This document shows, in pieces, positions 32,412 to 41,501 of a stretch of DNA of 64,000 nt; positions within the stretch are counted from its first letter, which is position 1, and each line of letters opens with the position of its first letter. This DNA is from Escherichia phage JEP8: the sequence record MT764208.1; one strand, 5' to 3'. Under the pieces are notes generated by a model, which made no database searches, was not told the origin of the DNA, and saw only the letters and a list, made by a program, of their open reading frames with translations. The position numbers were made by a program, and so were the translations under genes.

Positions 32412-33902
32412 ATGGCAGATTTGAAATATGGATCTACTGTAGGTGGATCTCCCATTTGGACGCAAGGAAACTTGACGATCCAGCCAGCAGGGGATCAGCT
32501 TTTCTACAAAGGTCATAAAATCTATACCGCTTTTGATAGACCTTCGGCTACCGATTTTGATGCTGTTAGTGCATCCGAAGGTGGCACATTTCAAAAGCAA
32601 GTTCATTTCGAGGAAGGTTTAAGCGTAGGTAGCGCATCGGCTGGAGAAACCAAAAAGAATGGTATCTTTAAAGGTCAGAGTGATGCTGCTAATTTTGACG
32701 GTGTAAGCTGGGGTTTGCATTCATGGAAGTCAATAGGCTTTGTTAATGCCCGTGATGGCGTTATTATGGCGTATATTGACACCACAACGGGCGAATTTAA
32801 GTCTAAAGGGACTATCGAAGGGACAACCATTAAAGACACAGGTCAACGCGTCTATAGCCCTGTTAATAAACCAACGAATAATGATTTAGATTTGGTGTCT
32901 CGTCGCGGTGATACTCTCACAGGAACATATAATTTAAACACTGTCACTGTTAAACTATCGGTTGATTCTAAATTAATTGCAAGGGAACGTGATTTAATTA
33001 ATTTTGATGCGACTAAGATCTATTATGGTAACGTTCTTGATACGTTGGTCTTCCGAAGTAAAGATGAGCCTACCATTTTTGTTAATGGCAGAGAAGGTCG
33101 TTTTTATCACACCAATAATAAACCAACTAAAGCCGATGTTGGGCTAGGCAATGTCACCAATGATGCACAGGTTAAACGTGCTGGTGATATTATGGAAGGT
33201 AACTTGCAAGCGCCTAGAATGTTGGCGACAAACGATCCTGCTGGTCCGAATGAATTGGTTCGTTTGAGCTACTTTGAGAGAAAATCAATGGTAGCAAATC
33301 CAACCATCATTGGAAACGTTGATTGGAACACTCTTATTAATCGCGGTATCTATCGTGTGGAAAATGCTGGGTCGGGTACTAATAAACCGTCTGATAGCTA
33401 TTATAACGGCGTTTTGATGGTATATCGCCCAGAAGATGCGGTCGGTACTCGTCGAATTGTTCAGGTGTATTATCCTGAATCTATTGACCATCCGATGTGC
33501 TGGCGTTCTTGTTCTAATGAATCATGGACTGCATGGAACTATGTAGATCACCGTAAATTAGCCGATATTCGCTATGTTAACGTAACTGGCGATACCATGA
33601 CAGGACCGTTAACTGTTCCGGCTGCAAACGGTGTTAGAACGGCTAAAACTAACTATAACGGGGATAACTGTTATGCGGCGTTAAGCGGTGCTGATGGTAC
33701 TGCTATGATTCACCGCATTAGTGATATTAAAGGGACCGAAAAGCTGGGGATCACCCATGACTCAAAGGTCGTGTTTTTCCGTTCTAGAAACAATACTCAA
33801 ACCGTGGACCGCTATCAGCTTTATCATGAAGGTAATAAACCTACTCCGGCTGATGTTGGAGCGGTTCCACTTAATGCGGTGATTGATTTTGGTACTTTCT
33901 AA
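32412..33902 (+). CDS. 36: long tail fibre distal connector (T4 gp36 homolog), enlarged
   Basis: N-terminus MADLKYGSTVGGSPIWTQGN...PAGD matches T4 gp36 (MADLKVGSTTGGSVIWHQGN); 496 aa versus 221 in T4. Confidence 0.8.
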   Translation: MADLKYGSTVGGSPIWTQGNLTIQPAGDQLFYKGHKIYTAFDRPSATDFDAVSASEGGTFQKQVHFEEGLSVGSASAGETKKNGIFKGQSDAANFDGVSWGLHSWKSIGFVNARDGVIMAYIDTTTGEFKSKGTIEGTTIKDTGQRVYSPVNKPTNNDLDLVSRRGDTLTGTYNLNTVTVKLSVDSKLIARERDLINFDATKIYYGNVLDTLVFRSKDEPTIFVNGREGRFYHTNNKPTKADVGLGNVTNDAQVKRAGDIMEGNLQAPRMLATNDPAGPNELVRLSYFERKSMVANPTIIGNVDWNTLINRGIYRVENAGSGTNKPSDSYYNGVLMVYRPEDAVGTRRIVQVYYPESIDHPMCWRSCSNESWTAWNYVDHRKLADIRYVNVTGDTMTGPLTVPAANGVRTAKTNYNGDNCYAALSGADGTAMIHRISDIKGTEKLGITHDSKVVFFRSRNNTQTVDRYQLYHEGNKPTPADVGAVPLNAVIDFGTF

Positions 33903-33906
33903 TTTT

Positions 33907-33927
33907 AGCGGGGATTATCTCCCCGCT
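33907..33927 (+). promoter_or_regulatory. stem-loop AGCGGGGA-ttatc-TCCCCGCT between genes 36 and 37
   Basis: 8-bp stem followed by TTTTC; possible attenuator or RNA-stability element. Confidence 0.4.
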
Positions 33928-33972
33928 TTTCTAAATAATGTTATTCTAATAACCGTTTAAGGATTTTATAAA

Positions 33973-36741
33973 ATGGCAGATTTAAGCAGAATCCAATTTA
34001 AACGTACTAGCACTAAAGGCCGTCGACCTGATGCTGGTACGATGAATCCGGGGGAATTGGCAATCAACCTTGCGGATCAATATCTTCTTACTAAAAATGA
34101 TTCCGGTGCTATTATCAATTTAAGTTGTCCTCCGGTTTATGACCGCGATGTTACAATGGCAGGTAAGGTTAAAGGTAATAATTATATCTTAAGTAAAACC
34201 GCTAACTATCTGGAAGATCAGACAGCGCGAGATCTTAACTACTTTGGTGCTTTCCGTACCAATGGTCTTGATGGTTTTCTCGAACTCACGCTAAACGTTC
34301 CTCATTCTTCTGGTGTTCAGCATGGTCGAGGATTTACTTTCCAGTATGGACACACTGGATCGCGTGTAGAAACTTATGGCTATAATAAAGAAGGTCAAAA
34401 AGCATTTAGCTATAAAATGTATCATGAAGGTGATAAACCAACTCCAGGAGAATTGAACGTTTATAGCAAACAAGAAGTTGACCGTATGTTTGTTAAGAAC
34501 GTTAAACTTGCTACATCTCCTAGTGATATCGTTGAAGGCTATTTTAAATTAGCAACTGCAATGATTCCACAAAACGGTCTTAGCGTATTTTTCCGTATTC
34601 ATGGTGGTAACGGATATAACGTTACTGCATACGATCAAGTTGATATTGTAGAAATTGTTATTCGCAGTGGAAATGGTCGCCCTAAAGGTGTTAACGTTAT
34701 TGCATATCGCCGAAATACAAACAAATCATTTGATGTTTTGGCTGTTAATACTTCTGGTGATAACTATGATATCTATGTGAAATATCAGCGTTACACTGAT
34801 AACGTTATTGTTGAATTTGGTAAAAGTGTTGGTGTTAATCTGGTAGTTCATGACGTTCCAGATTTTGTTGCTGATCGTCCTGCTGGCGATAATGTTATTG
34901 GCGGTCGCGCGGTAACTCTTTTTAATACTGAAAATAAACGTGGTGTGTTAAGTTTTGATGATAACACACAAAACAGCTATGACATTGTTCACTTGAGTAA
35001 TGATAGGGGTACAGGACGAAAATATATTCGTAAATTCCGTAGCAACTATAATGAAATGATCTGGCATGAGACGGTTCAAGGTGCTACTTATCGTCTGGCT
35101 ACTGGTGCAACTGATGTTCAGGATATTCTAACCGTTGAATCTGTTAGCTCAATTTCTGGAACTCATAAAGGTAATATTACTTCTGGTCGTATGCTGTTAA
35201 ATGGTGGTAGTAATGTTATTACCTTGCGGCGTCCTGCTGGTCAATCCAACCATATTGCGTTTCAAGATAATCGTACTGGAGATATTACCCGTCAAGGATG
35301 GATCGGTTATGCCAATGCTAATACTAACGTTTTTGAATGGTATAGTGATGTAGGTGGCAGTTCTATTCGTCAACATATCGACGGACAGATCGAATTTCAG
35401 ACAGGTAGCATGAAGCGAGTTTATACTAACGGACAATTCATTTCATTATATGCCGATGGCTTCCGTACTGTATATGGTAACTATGGTTCATGGTGGCGAA
35501 ATGACGGTAGTAACGTTTATCTGATGAGCACAAAATCAGGCGACACTATGGGTCCGTGGAATACCTTTAGGCCGTTCATCTATAGCCTAGCCAATGGTAA
35601 CGTTACATTGGGGGGTAGTGATGCTGGCAACCATTTAATGCGTCTCAATAATGAAAGTAAACGAGTTGAAGTGAACGCAACCACACATCTTGGAAGCAGA
35701 CTGTATTGGGAACGTAACGACGAAGGATCGAAATCTGTATTCTTTGTTAAATCTTGGGGTAATGAAACTCGCGCTCAAGTGTGGGAACTTGCAGACGAAA
35801 CAAGCTATCATCTATATTCTCAGCGTGATTCTAACGGATCGATTCAATTTCGTGTTGCTGGTAGTTTGGAAACTGGAGGCCGCGCCCAGATTAATGGCGA
35901 TTTGGTCGTTACTAATGTTCTTCGTACAAATAACCAAATACAGATTTATAGAGATAACAACAAAGAGATCTGGTTTAAAGATGCTAATGGTACTAACCGT
36001 GGTGTTATCTGGGGAGATGGTGGCGGCAAAATGAGATTGCGTAACTATTCTGGTGGAGAATATGACCATGTGTTCGAAGCTGGTATGATTCGCCTTGAGC
36101 GTGGTTACGCCAATGGACAAGGTGCTGGGTTGATTCGCGGAGAAGTACAAGGTGGAGCATGGTCTGAATGGAGAACTCGCGCTGCTGGCTTATTGGTTGA
36201 CTGTCCAAATGCTCAAACTTCCGCATATAACGTATGGAAAGCGACCAAATGGGGTTTAGACCACATCGCGGCAATGGGTGTTCATGTTCCTAACGGTAAT
36301 GTTGGTAACTCTATTGCGCGTCTGCATGTTGGTGGCACTAACTTTGACTTTAACGCCTCCGGTGATTTCCAGGCAGGTCGTAACGGTAATTTTAACGATG
36401 TTTATATTCGCTCTGATGCTCGCCTTAAAATCAATAAGGAAGAGTATAAAGAGAATGCCACCGATAAAGTTAATCGCTTGACTGTGTACACCTACGATAA
36501 GGTTAAGTCTTTGACGGACCGCACTGTTATCGCTCATGAAGTTGGTATTATTGCTCAGGATCTTGAAAAAGAATTGCCGGAAGCAGTAACAACTTCTAAG
36601 ATCGGCGATCCTGATAAGCCAGAAGAGATCTTAACAATTTCTAACTCTGCTGTCAACGCTCTTTTAATTAAGGCGTTTCAGGAAATGAGCGAAGAATTGA
36701 AAGCCGTTAAAGCTGAACTAGCGGAACTTAAAAAGAATTAA
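33973..36741 (+). CDS. 37: long tail fibre distal subunit / receptor-binding protein (gp37) with C-terminal intramolecular chaperone domain
   Basis: 922 aa in gene 37 position; C-terminal ~110 aa (SDARLKINKEEYKE...IAQDLEKELPEAV...coiled coil) resembles the auto-cleaving S74-type chaperone of T5 pb1 / endosialidases. Confidence 0.85.
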   Translation: MADLSRIQFKRTSTKGRRPDAGTMNPGELAINLADQYLLTKNDSGAIINLSCPPVYDRDVTMAGKVKGNNYILSKTANYLEDQTARDLNYFGAFRTNGLDGFLELTLNVPHSSGVQHGRGFTFQYGHTGSRVETYGYNKEGQKAFSYKMYHEGDKPTPGELNVYSKQEVDRMFVKNVKLATSPSDIVEGYFKLATAMIPQNGLSVFFRIHGGNGYNVTAYDQVDIVEIVIRSGNGRPKGVNVIAYRRNTNKSFDVLAVNTSGDNYDIYVKYQRYTDNVIVEFGKSVGVNLVVHDVPDFVADRPAGDNVIGGRAVTLFNTENKRGVLSFDDNTQNSYDIVHLSNDRGTGRKYIRKFRSNYNEMIWHETVQGATYRLATGATDVQDILTVESVSSISGTHKGNITSGRMLLNGGSNVITLRRPAGQSNHIAFQDNRTGDITRQGWIGYANANTNVFEWYSDVGGSSIRQHIDGQIEFQTGSMKRVYTNGQFISLYADGFRTVYGNYGSWWRNDGSNVYLMSTKSGDTMGPWNTFRPFIYSLANGNVTLGGSDAGNHLMRLNNESKRVEVNATTHLGSRLYWERNDEGSKSVFFVKSWGNETRAQVWELADETSYHLYSQRDSNGSIQFRVAGSLETGGRAQINGDLVVTNVLRTNNQIQIYRDNNKEIWFKDANGTNRGVIWGDGGGKMRLRNYSGGEYDHVFEAGMIRLERGYANGQGAGLIRGEVQGGAWSEWRTRAAGLLVDCPNAQTSAYNVWKATKWGLDHIAAMGVHVPNGNVGNSIARLHVGGTNFDFNASGDFQAGRNGNFNDVYIRSDARLKINKEEYKENATDKVNRLTVYTYDKVKSLTDRTVIAHEVGIIAQDLEKELPEAVTTSKIGDPDKPEEILTISNSAVNALLIKAFQEMSEELKAVKAELAELKKN

Positions 36742-36781
36742 GGAAACTCCCAGGGAAGGGAACTACTAAGGAGAAACGGCT

Positions 36782-37021
36782 ATGGTCTATAATATCGTCA
36801 TTGGCGCTTTGTCTAATTTCGGAATGAAATTATTGTCAAAGTTAATTAGTGAAAAGATGCTCACTAAAATTTTCTTCTATTGCGCTCGTCGTCTTGCGGC
36901 TTATACCAATACGCCAATTGATGATCGTTTTGTGGAAGAACTTTATAAGGAGTTTAATAAAGATCAGTCAGAAGATAGTAACGAGCAAGATAAATCTAGT
37001 GATAGTCAACTACCTAAATAA
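36782..37021 (+). CDS. hypothetical 79-aa protein in the position T4 uses for gp38
   Basis: AAGGAG RBS 8 nt upstream of ATG; amphipathic N-terminus, acidic Ser-rich C-terminus. Confidence 0.5.
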   Translation: MVYNIVIGALSNFGMKLLSKLISEKMLTKIFFYCARRLAAYTNTPIDDRFVEELYKEFNKDQSEDSNEQDKSSDSQLPK

Positions 37022-37054
37022 GAGTACACTGTCATAGTTATCTTAGGGCATTAT

Positions 37055-37711
37055 ATGCAAGTTTCTGAAAAAGGGAAAGACTTTGCTATCTCAAATGTCC
37101 TGCGCGCTATTTTCACAACTAAAAGCACGGAGTTGCTCGTACTTCGTGTTTTTGCTGCCGTCGTGTTGTCTATATTGGCATTTGTCGTTTATAGTAAAAA
37201 CGAGTTATTTGCGCTTTATAAAGAGACTCGTTATGAGACTTATGCTCACATTCTCCAGGTAGAGAAAGACCGCAATTTTGATAATGCAGCACAGGAGCAG
37301 TTACAGATAGTTCATGTGTCGGCTGATGCCGATTTTTCTGCTGTTTTTAGTTTTCGTCCGAAAAACCTAAACTATTTTGTTGATTTGGTGGCATATGAAG
37401 GAAAGCTACCACATACAATCGATGAAAAGAATTTAGGCGGATTCCCTATCAATAAAACGAGTGAAGAATATCGTAGACATCTTTTAGGTAAATCATATTT
37501 TACCGATAAAGATTTCCAGTATATTCCATCAAGAGAAAAGAAATTAGAGAATATCGATATAGGTTTCATGTATTCTTGTCCTATATTCAATCTCGATAAT
37601 GTCTATTCTGGTAGTATCGCCATTTCATGGAAGAATAAACCGGATATTGACATTGAGAATTTAGATACTCTTTGCAATCAATCTGCCAGAATCCTCGGAA
37701 GGATTAGATAA
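37055..37711 (+). CDS. t: holin (T4 gpt homolog)
   Basis: 218 aa as in T4 T; N-terminal TM segment; blocks LEQLQIVH.S.EADFSAV.SFRPKNLNYFVD..AYEGKLP, MYSCP.FNLDN.Y.G, ARILGR match T4 holin. Confidence 0.92.
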   Translation: MQVSEKGKDFAISNVLRAIFTTKSTELLVLRVFAAVVLSILAFVVYSKNELFALYKETRYETYAHILQVEKDRNFDNAAQEQLQIVHVSADADFSAVFSFRPKNLNYFVDLVAYEGKLPHTIDEKNLGGFPINKTSEEYRRHLLGKSYFTDKDFQYIPSREKKLENIDIGFMYSCPIFNLDNVYSGSIAISWKNKPDIDIENLDTLCNQSARILGRIR

Positions 37712-37714
37712 CTT

Positions 37715-37750
37715 AAAGGGGAAGCCTTTCGGCCTCCCCTTCTTTTTATT
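37715..37750 (+). terminator. putative intrinsic terminator after holin (convergent junction)
   Basis: GC-rich hairpin (AAGGGGAAGCC/GGCCTCCCCTT) followed by CTTTTTATT. Confidence 0.55.
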
Positions 37751-37994
37751 GGCGCATAGACGCGCCTGAATCACATTTTGACGCTGTATGATGAAAACAG
37801 GTAGCGTACCAGTCATCGGCTTGTTTGTCTTCGTCAGAAAACGCGTAATTTCGTTGTACGCCGTTTTCTACTTTGACCAGTGCAATAGCTGTTTCTGGAA
37901 GATCAATCAATCGGACAAAATCACCATCTTCCCACTCTACACGAGCAATATCATAGCCCATCTCAAAGTATACAATCGCTTGTTCTAATTTCAT
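37746..37994 (-). CDS. hypothetical protein (82 aa)
   Basis: first minus-strand ORF after the tail-fibre operon. Confidence 0.45.
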   Translation of the reverse strand: MKLEQAIVYFEMGYDIARVEWEDGDFVRLIDLPETAIALVKVENGVQRNYAFSDEDKQADDWYATCFHHTASKCDSGASMRQ

Positions 37995-38320
37995 TCTGGA
38001 AACTTCCCGTAAACATTCTCTGCCAACTTACGTGCATCTTTTACAATATCTTTCATGTAATGACTATAATTTTTAGCTAGATCAATGATGCAATCAACAA
38101 AGAAGTAATAGCGTCGCAGTGCGACCAGCTCAACATCTTCAAGATGACCATTTTCTCCAATCGCTGAAATATGTTTAAATTCCTTTCGGATCGCGTCCAT
38201 CGCTACATTAACTTCTTTTATAATATCTTTCGTATTATATGCACCTCGACTAATCAAAATTTTGGTTAGGTCTTCTGCTTTTTCGTGAAAGTTGTCAATT
38301 TCAAACTCGATCATAATCAC
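37991..38320 (-). CDS. hypothetical protein (109 aa), tandem paralog A
   Basis: C-terminus ...ENVYGKFPE and overall pattern shared with 38429..38761. Confidence 0.5.
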   Translation of the reverse strand: MIMIEFEIDNFHEKAEDLTKILISRGAYNTKDIIKEVNVAMDAIRKEFKHISAIGENGHLEDVELVALRRYYFFVDCIIDLAKNYSHYMKDIVKDARKLAENVYGKFPE

Positions 38321-38428
38321 CTCTCATAATTTCACGCTGTTGTTTCAACATTTTTTCGTGGTTTGCTAATTCTATACCTTGTAATAGCATAACCAGTGCA
38401 ATTTTCAATGATTCATCATCTTTCATAA

Positions 38429-38761
38429 TCAAAATTTACCGAAAATATTCTCTGTCATAATTCTTGCTTCGTCGATTATTTTCGTCATGTTCATGGTGTA
38501 GTTATGATCATTTAGTGCTTTAATAACAACGAGCAAGGAATCTAAAAACACTCGATACCGGGTATATTCTACGCTATTTGTGAATACCGATGTTTTCTCT
38601 ACTTTATCGATCAGATAGCCTAAAGCCGATAGCGCCTCGTTTACTTCCCGTGTTACTTTATCGGCGCTAAACAACACCGGATAAAGACGCGGTGTGATTA
38701 ACCGCGCTGCCTCTTTCAATTCGGTCGCTTTCCATGATTCATATTTGTCAAAATTAAACAT
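38429..38761 (-). CDS. hypothetical protein (110 aa), tandem paralog B
   Basis: C-terminus ...ENIFGKF; paralog of 37991..38320. Confidence 0.5.
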   Translation of the reverse strand: MFNFDKYESWKATELKEAARLITPRLYPVLFSADKVTREVNEALSALGYLIDKVEKTSVFTNSVEYTRYRVFLDSLLVVIKALNDHNYTMNMTKIIDEARIMTENIFGKF

Positions 38762-38773
38762 TGTATAATGTCC

Positions 38774-39106
38774 TTACAGATGAAAACCTGTTACAATTAC
38801 CGCATCGATCATACCGCTAGGAATAAACGGTTCACCCTCTTTTATTTCAACTTTGAATTGATGCCATTTCGCCAATACTTCTTCCGGTACACCCAGCGAT
38901 TCGGCGTCTGCTTTAGTTTCATCCATAATCCAACTAGGCTGCATGAGAGCATAGTTTACATAGTCCATTTCTGGGGTCATGTCATCAATGTTAATATATT
39001 TGCAGTTGACGCGTTTCAGAATTTCAAATTCTTTATTGTCAACCTGTACCATGTATAATTCAGTAGTTTCTGGAATCACTTCCCACACAATCAGTACATT
39101 TTTCAT
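38774..39106 (-). CDS. hypothetical protein (110 aa)
   Basis: ORF in accessory cluster. Confidence 0.45.
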   Translation of the reverse strand: MKNVLIVWEVIPETTELYMVQVDNKEFEILKRVNCKYINIDDMTPEMDYVNYALMQPSWIMDETKADAESLGVPEEVLAKWHQFKVEIKEGEPFIPSGMIDAVIVTGFHL

Positions 39107-39114
39107 AGTTCACC

Positions 39115-39483
39115 TCACTTAACAAAGATTTTCTTTAATGCTTTCAGGATCGTTGCTTCCGGCGCTTCTTCCGGTGGAGGAAGCAATTCTACCACTTCCT
39201 CTTCCAACTCGATATAGTCTACCAGATATTCTACATAGAATGCAAGTGCTTCCATGAAATTAGATGCTACATCCGATTCGCCACACGCGCCCACATGCAT
39301 TGTATAAACATCACTGCGATCAAGTTTGTGGATGCTTCCCAGATAGTTTCGGTTATACCAGACTTCCCACACTTTCAGCTTTCCGGTTTTGGTTGATGTT
39401 TTATAATCGGTTTCGTAATGATGCAATTGACGTTGCAGATCATTGATAATAACACATTTTTCGTAATTGTTTTGAATTTCCAT
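39115..39483 (-). CDS. hypothetical protein (122 aa)
   Basis: ORF in accessory cluster. Confidence 0.45.
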   Translation of the reverse strand: MEIQNNYEKCVIINDLQRQLHHYETDYKTSTKTGKLKVWEVWYNRNYLGSIHKLDRSDVYTMHVGACGESDVASNFMEALAFYVEYLVDYIELEEEVVELLPPPEEAPEATILKALKKIFVK

Positions 39484-39493
39484 GATGTAATCC

Positions 39494-39685
39494 TCACTTA
39501 TCGTTAAGAAGTTCTAAAACTTTCTGTCGTACTTTGTCAATATTAGTTGATTCAAAAACTGTACGGTATCCCCAGCTTTGACCGTATGAGCGGTTGCAAT
39601 CTCCATATCCCCATTGTTCAACCTGATAGTATTCAAGGAATGGGTGCTGCCGAACTATGATACCATCGCGATTAAAAATTACCAT
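39494..39685 (-). CDS. hypothetical protein (63 aa)
   Basis: ORF in accessory cluster. Confidence 0.4.
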   Translation of the reverse strand: MVIFNRDGIIVRQHPFLEYYQVEQWGYGDCNRSYGQSWGYRTVFESTNIDKVRQKVLELLNDK

Positions 39686-39708
39686 AATATAATCCTCACG
39701 TCAACAAC

Positions 39709-39996
39709 TTATTTTCGGTTGTGGTCACGATATGTTTTAAAATATCCCTCGTACCACGGTAAAACATCTGGATTTTTACCACTATACAGACCTTTAACCA
39801 TCATGTCAATAAGGCCATCCGGTGTTTGATAGTTTCCAGCTTTTATAAGCTCTCTGATTAAAATCTCTCTGTATATGTCTTTCGGATCTTCGTAATCAAC
39901 TTGTATTGTGGTTGTGGTCTCATTCAATTTGGTTTCTGGAGTATCTCGCATTGCATCCCACCAATCTTTTGTGACCTTCATGTTATTGAATTGCAT
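39709..39996 (-). CDS. hypothetical protein (95 aa)
   Basis: ORF in accessory cluster. Confidence 0.45.
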   Translation of the reverse strand: MQFNNMKVTKDWWDAMRDTPETKLNETTTTIQVDYEDPKDIYREILIRELIKAGNYQTPDGLIDMMVKGLYSGKNPDVLPWYEGYFKTYRDHNRK

Positions 39997-40007
39997 AATT
40001 TAACCTC

Positions 40008-40766
40008 TTACTTGCAAACGTATTGGTCTACATCAATTGCTCCACCGAATGTAGGATGACGTTTTTCAAATCGAATAGTTCCGTCGTTTGGTTCGAAAAC
40101 GGAGTATTCATATAGATCTTTCTTGCCAACATTCTTATAAAACCCGCCTTTAGTCATAACGGTTTCTTGTACGTTTGCTTTGTGTACGTTGTATTCATCA
40201 ATGTATACAAAATCAACCATCTTCCCATTTTTAATTGTTACTTTAAGATCACCCGGTTGATTTCCATATTTGGCATACAGTGGCGCTTCTTTAATTTTTG
40301 TGGAAATTCCATCTTTCATACTCCACTCATAACGAACGGTGCATTGATAGGTAAAAGTTTCGACCTTCGGTTCTTCTACCACTTTTGCTTCCTGTTTCTG
40401 TTGTTCTTCTTCAACCTTTGCAGAAGTCTCTGAATCGCTTTCTGACGAGGTTTCTTCTTTAGGTAATACATTCATCAAGTTTTGGATTTGAGCGTTATAT
40501 ACAGCCTCCAGTGGCTGAATCTGCCCGATATTGATCATTGTATCACGAACAGTTTTATTCCAGTTTCGTTGCTCTTGTTTCAGAGACGGATCAATCTTAA
40601 CAGCCTTAACATACACTTCATGAAGTTTAGAGTCCAGTGCGGAGATAGACTCATTAGCACAAATAAACTTCTCTGATTTGGTAGTAGCTTTAGCGCAATC
40701 AAAGGACGCAGCATTAGCACCGAAAGCAGTAGCGGAAAGAACGATAGCAGCGATAATGTTTTTCAT
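40008..40766 (-). CDS. secreted DUF1311 / LprI-like (lysozyme-inhibitor-like) domain protein
   Basis: signal peptide MKNIIAAIVLSATAFGANA; then DCAKATTKSEKFICANESISALDSKLHEVY...QRNWNKTVRD typical of DUF1311; extra ~130-aa C-terminal domain. Confidence 0.55.
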   Translation of the reverse strand: MKNIIAAIVLSATAFGANAASFDCAKATTKSEKFICANESISALDSKLHEVYVKAVKIDPSLKQEQRNWNKTVRDTMINIGQIQPLEAVYNAQIQNLMNVLPKEETSSESDSETSAKVEEEQQKQEAKVVEEPKVETFTYQCTVRYEWSMKDGISTKIKEAPLYAKYGNQPGDLKVTIKNGKMVDFVYIDEYNVHKANVQETVMTKGGFYKNVGKKDLYEYSVFEPNDGTIRFEKRHPTFGGAIDVDQYVCK

Positions 40767-40800
40767 AATATATTCCTCAATGTTTTGTCTTGATGGGAGT

Positions 40801-40829
40801 ATCTTACTACTCCCTTAATCCTGTGTCAA
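40801..40829 (-). promoter_or_regulatory. early promoter TTGACA-N17-TAAGAT (GGGAGTAGTAAGATACTCCC type)
   Basis: upstream of the DUF1311 gene. Confidence 0.5.
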
Positions 40830-40836
40830 CTAATTT

Positions 40837-40992
40837 TTAAATTTCTTCTACAGTAAAGTCTTCAATGTTGTTGTGCTCGGCGAACGTTGCCAGACCAGCA
40901 TTCCATGCATCATCCTCAGAGAAGAATACACCGTAACGTTCATATCCTTTAGCGCCTTCAAATTTAACCATTAATTTGTGAGTATGTTTCAT
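40837..40992 (-). CDS. hypothetical 51-aa protein
   Basis: track ORF trimmed (MLTGDRRSPIL is promoter-cassette read-through); start MKHTHKLMV... Confidence 0.4.
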   Translation of the reverse strand: MKHTHKLMVKFEGAKGYERYGVFFSEDDAWNAGLATFAEHNNIEDFTVEEI

Positions 40993-41022
40993 TTTGATTC
41001 TCCTTCGTTGTCTTGATGAGTT

Positions 41023-41051
41023 TAGTATAGGGGATCGCCGATCCCCTGTCA
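41023..41051 (-). promoter_or_regulatory. early promoter TTGACA-N17-TATACT with palindromic spacer GGGGATCGGCGATCCCC
   Basis: drives 40837..40992. Confidence 0.6.
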
Positions 41052-41061
41052 ACAACTATTT

Positions 41062-41274
41062 TTAATTTTTACCCGCTCGTGCATTAATACGCATTTTCTG
41101 CATAGCCATGATCTGGCTTACTGCTTCTTCTTTACGTTTTTGCGTGATAACGTGACCAGATTCCGCAAACTCTCCCGCAACTTCTTCTACAATCTCGCGA
41201 ACTTGAGAACGTCCAAAGATGCGGTTTCCTTCGTAGCTCATAAATTCAGTCACTACTTGCTCAATAGATTTCAT
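41062..41274 (-). CDS. hypothetical 70-aa protein
   Basis: trimmed to ATG downstream of promoter 41304-41332. Confidence 0.4.
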   Translation of the reverse strand: MKSIEQVVTEFMSYEGNRIFGRSQVREIVEEVAGEFAESGHVITQKRKEEAVSQIMAMQKMRINARAGKN

Positions 41275-41303
41275 GTGATTCTCCTTTCGTTTGGTATGGG
41301 AGT

Positions 41304-41332
41304 ATAATACTACTCCCATTTCTTTACGTCAA
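41304..41332 (-). promoter_or_regulatory. early promoter TTGACG-N17-TATTAT
   Basis: drives 41062..41274. Confidence 0.5.
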
Positions 41333-41335
41333 CAA

Positions 41336-41497
41336 CTATTTTAAATTATTTTCGACCTTCACCCATTCCGCGTATTCTTGCGCGGCTACTTTCGGATTTA
41401 AGCCGTCTTCGTACATTGCATCAAGTAATTCTTTGTCGGTGGGCTTATACCCTAGATAAGCCTCCACCTGATTTTTCCAAATTTTATACCAGTTCAT
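41336..41497 (-). CDS. hypothetical 53-aa protein
   Basis: trimmed to internal ATG (MNWYKIWK...). Confidence 0.35.
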   Translation of the reverse strand: MNWYKIWKNQVEAYLGYKPTDKELLDAMYEDGLNPKVAAQEYAEWVKVENNLK

Positions 41498-41501
41498 ATT
41501 A

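Noticed and set aside
33931-33938. Late promoter for gene 37 (CTAAATAA)
   Set aside because: Deviates from TATAAATA at the first position; gene 37 is more likely co-transcribed with gene 36
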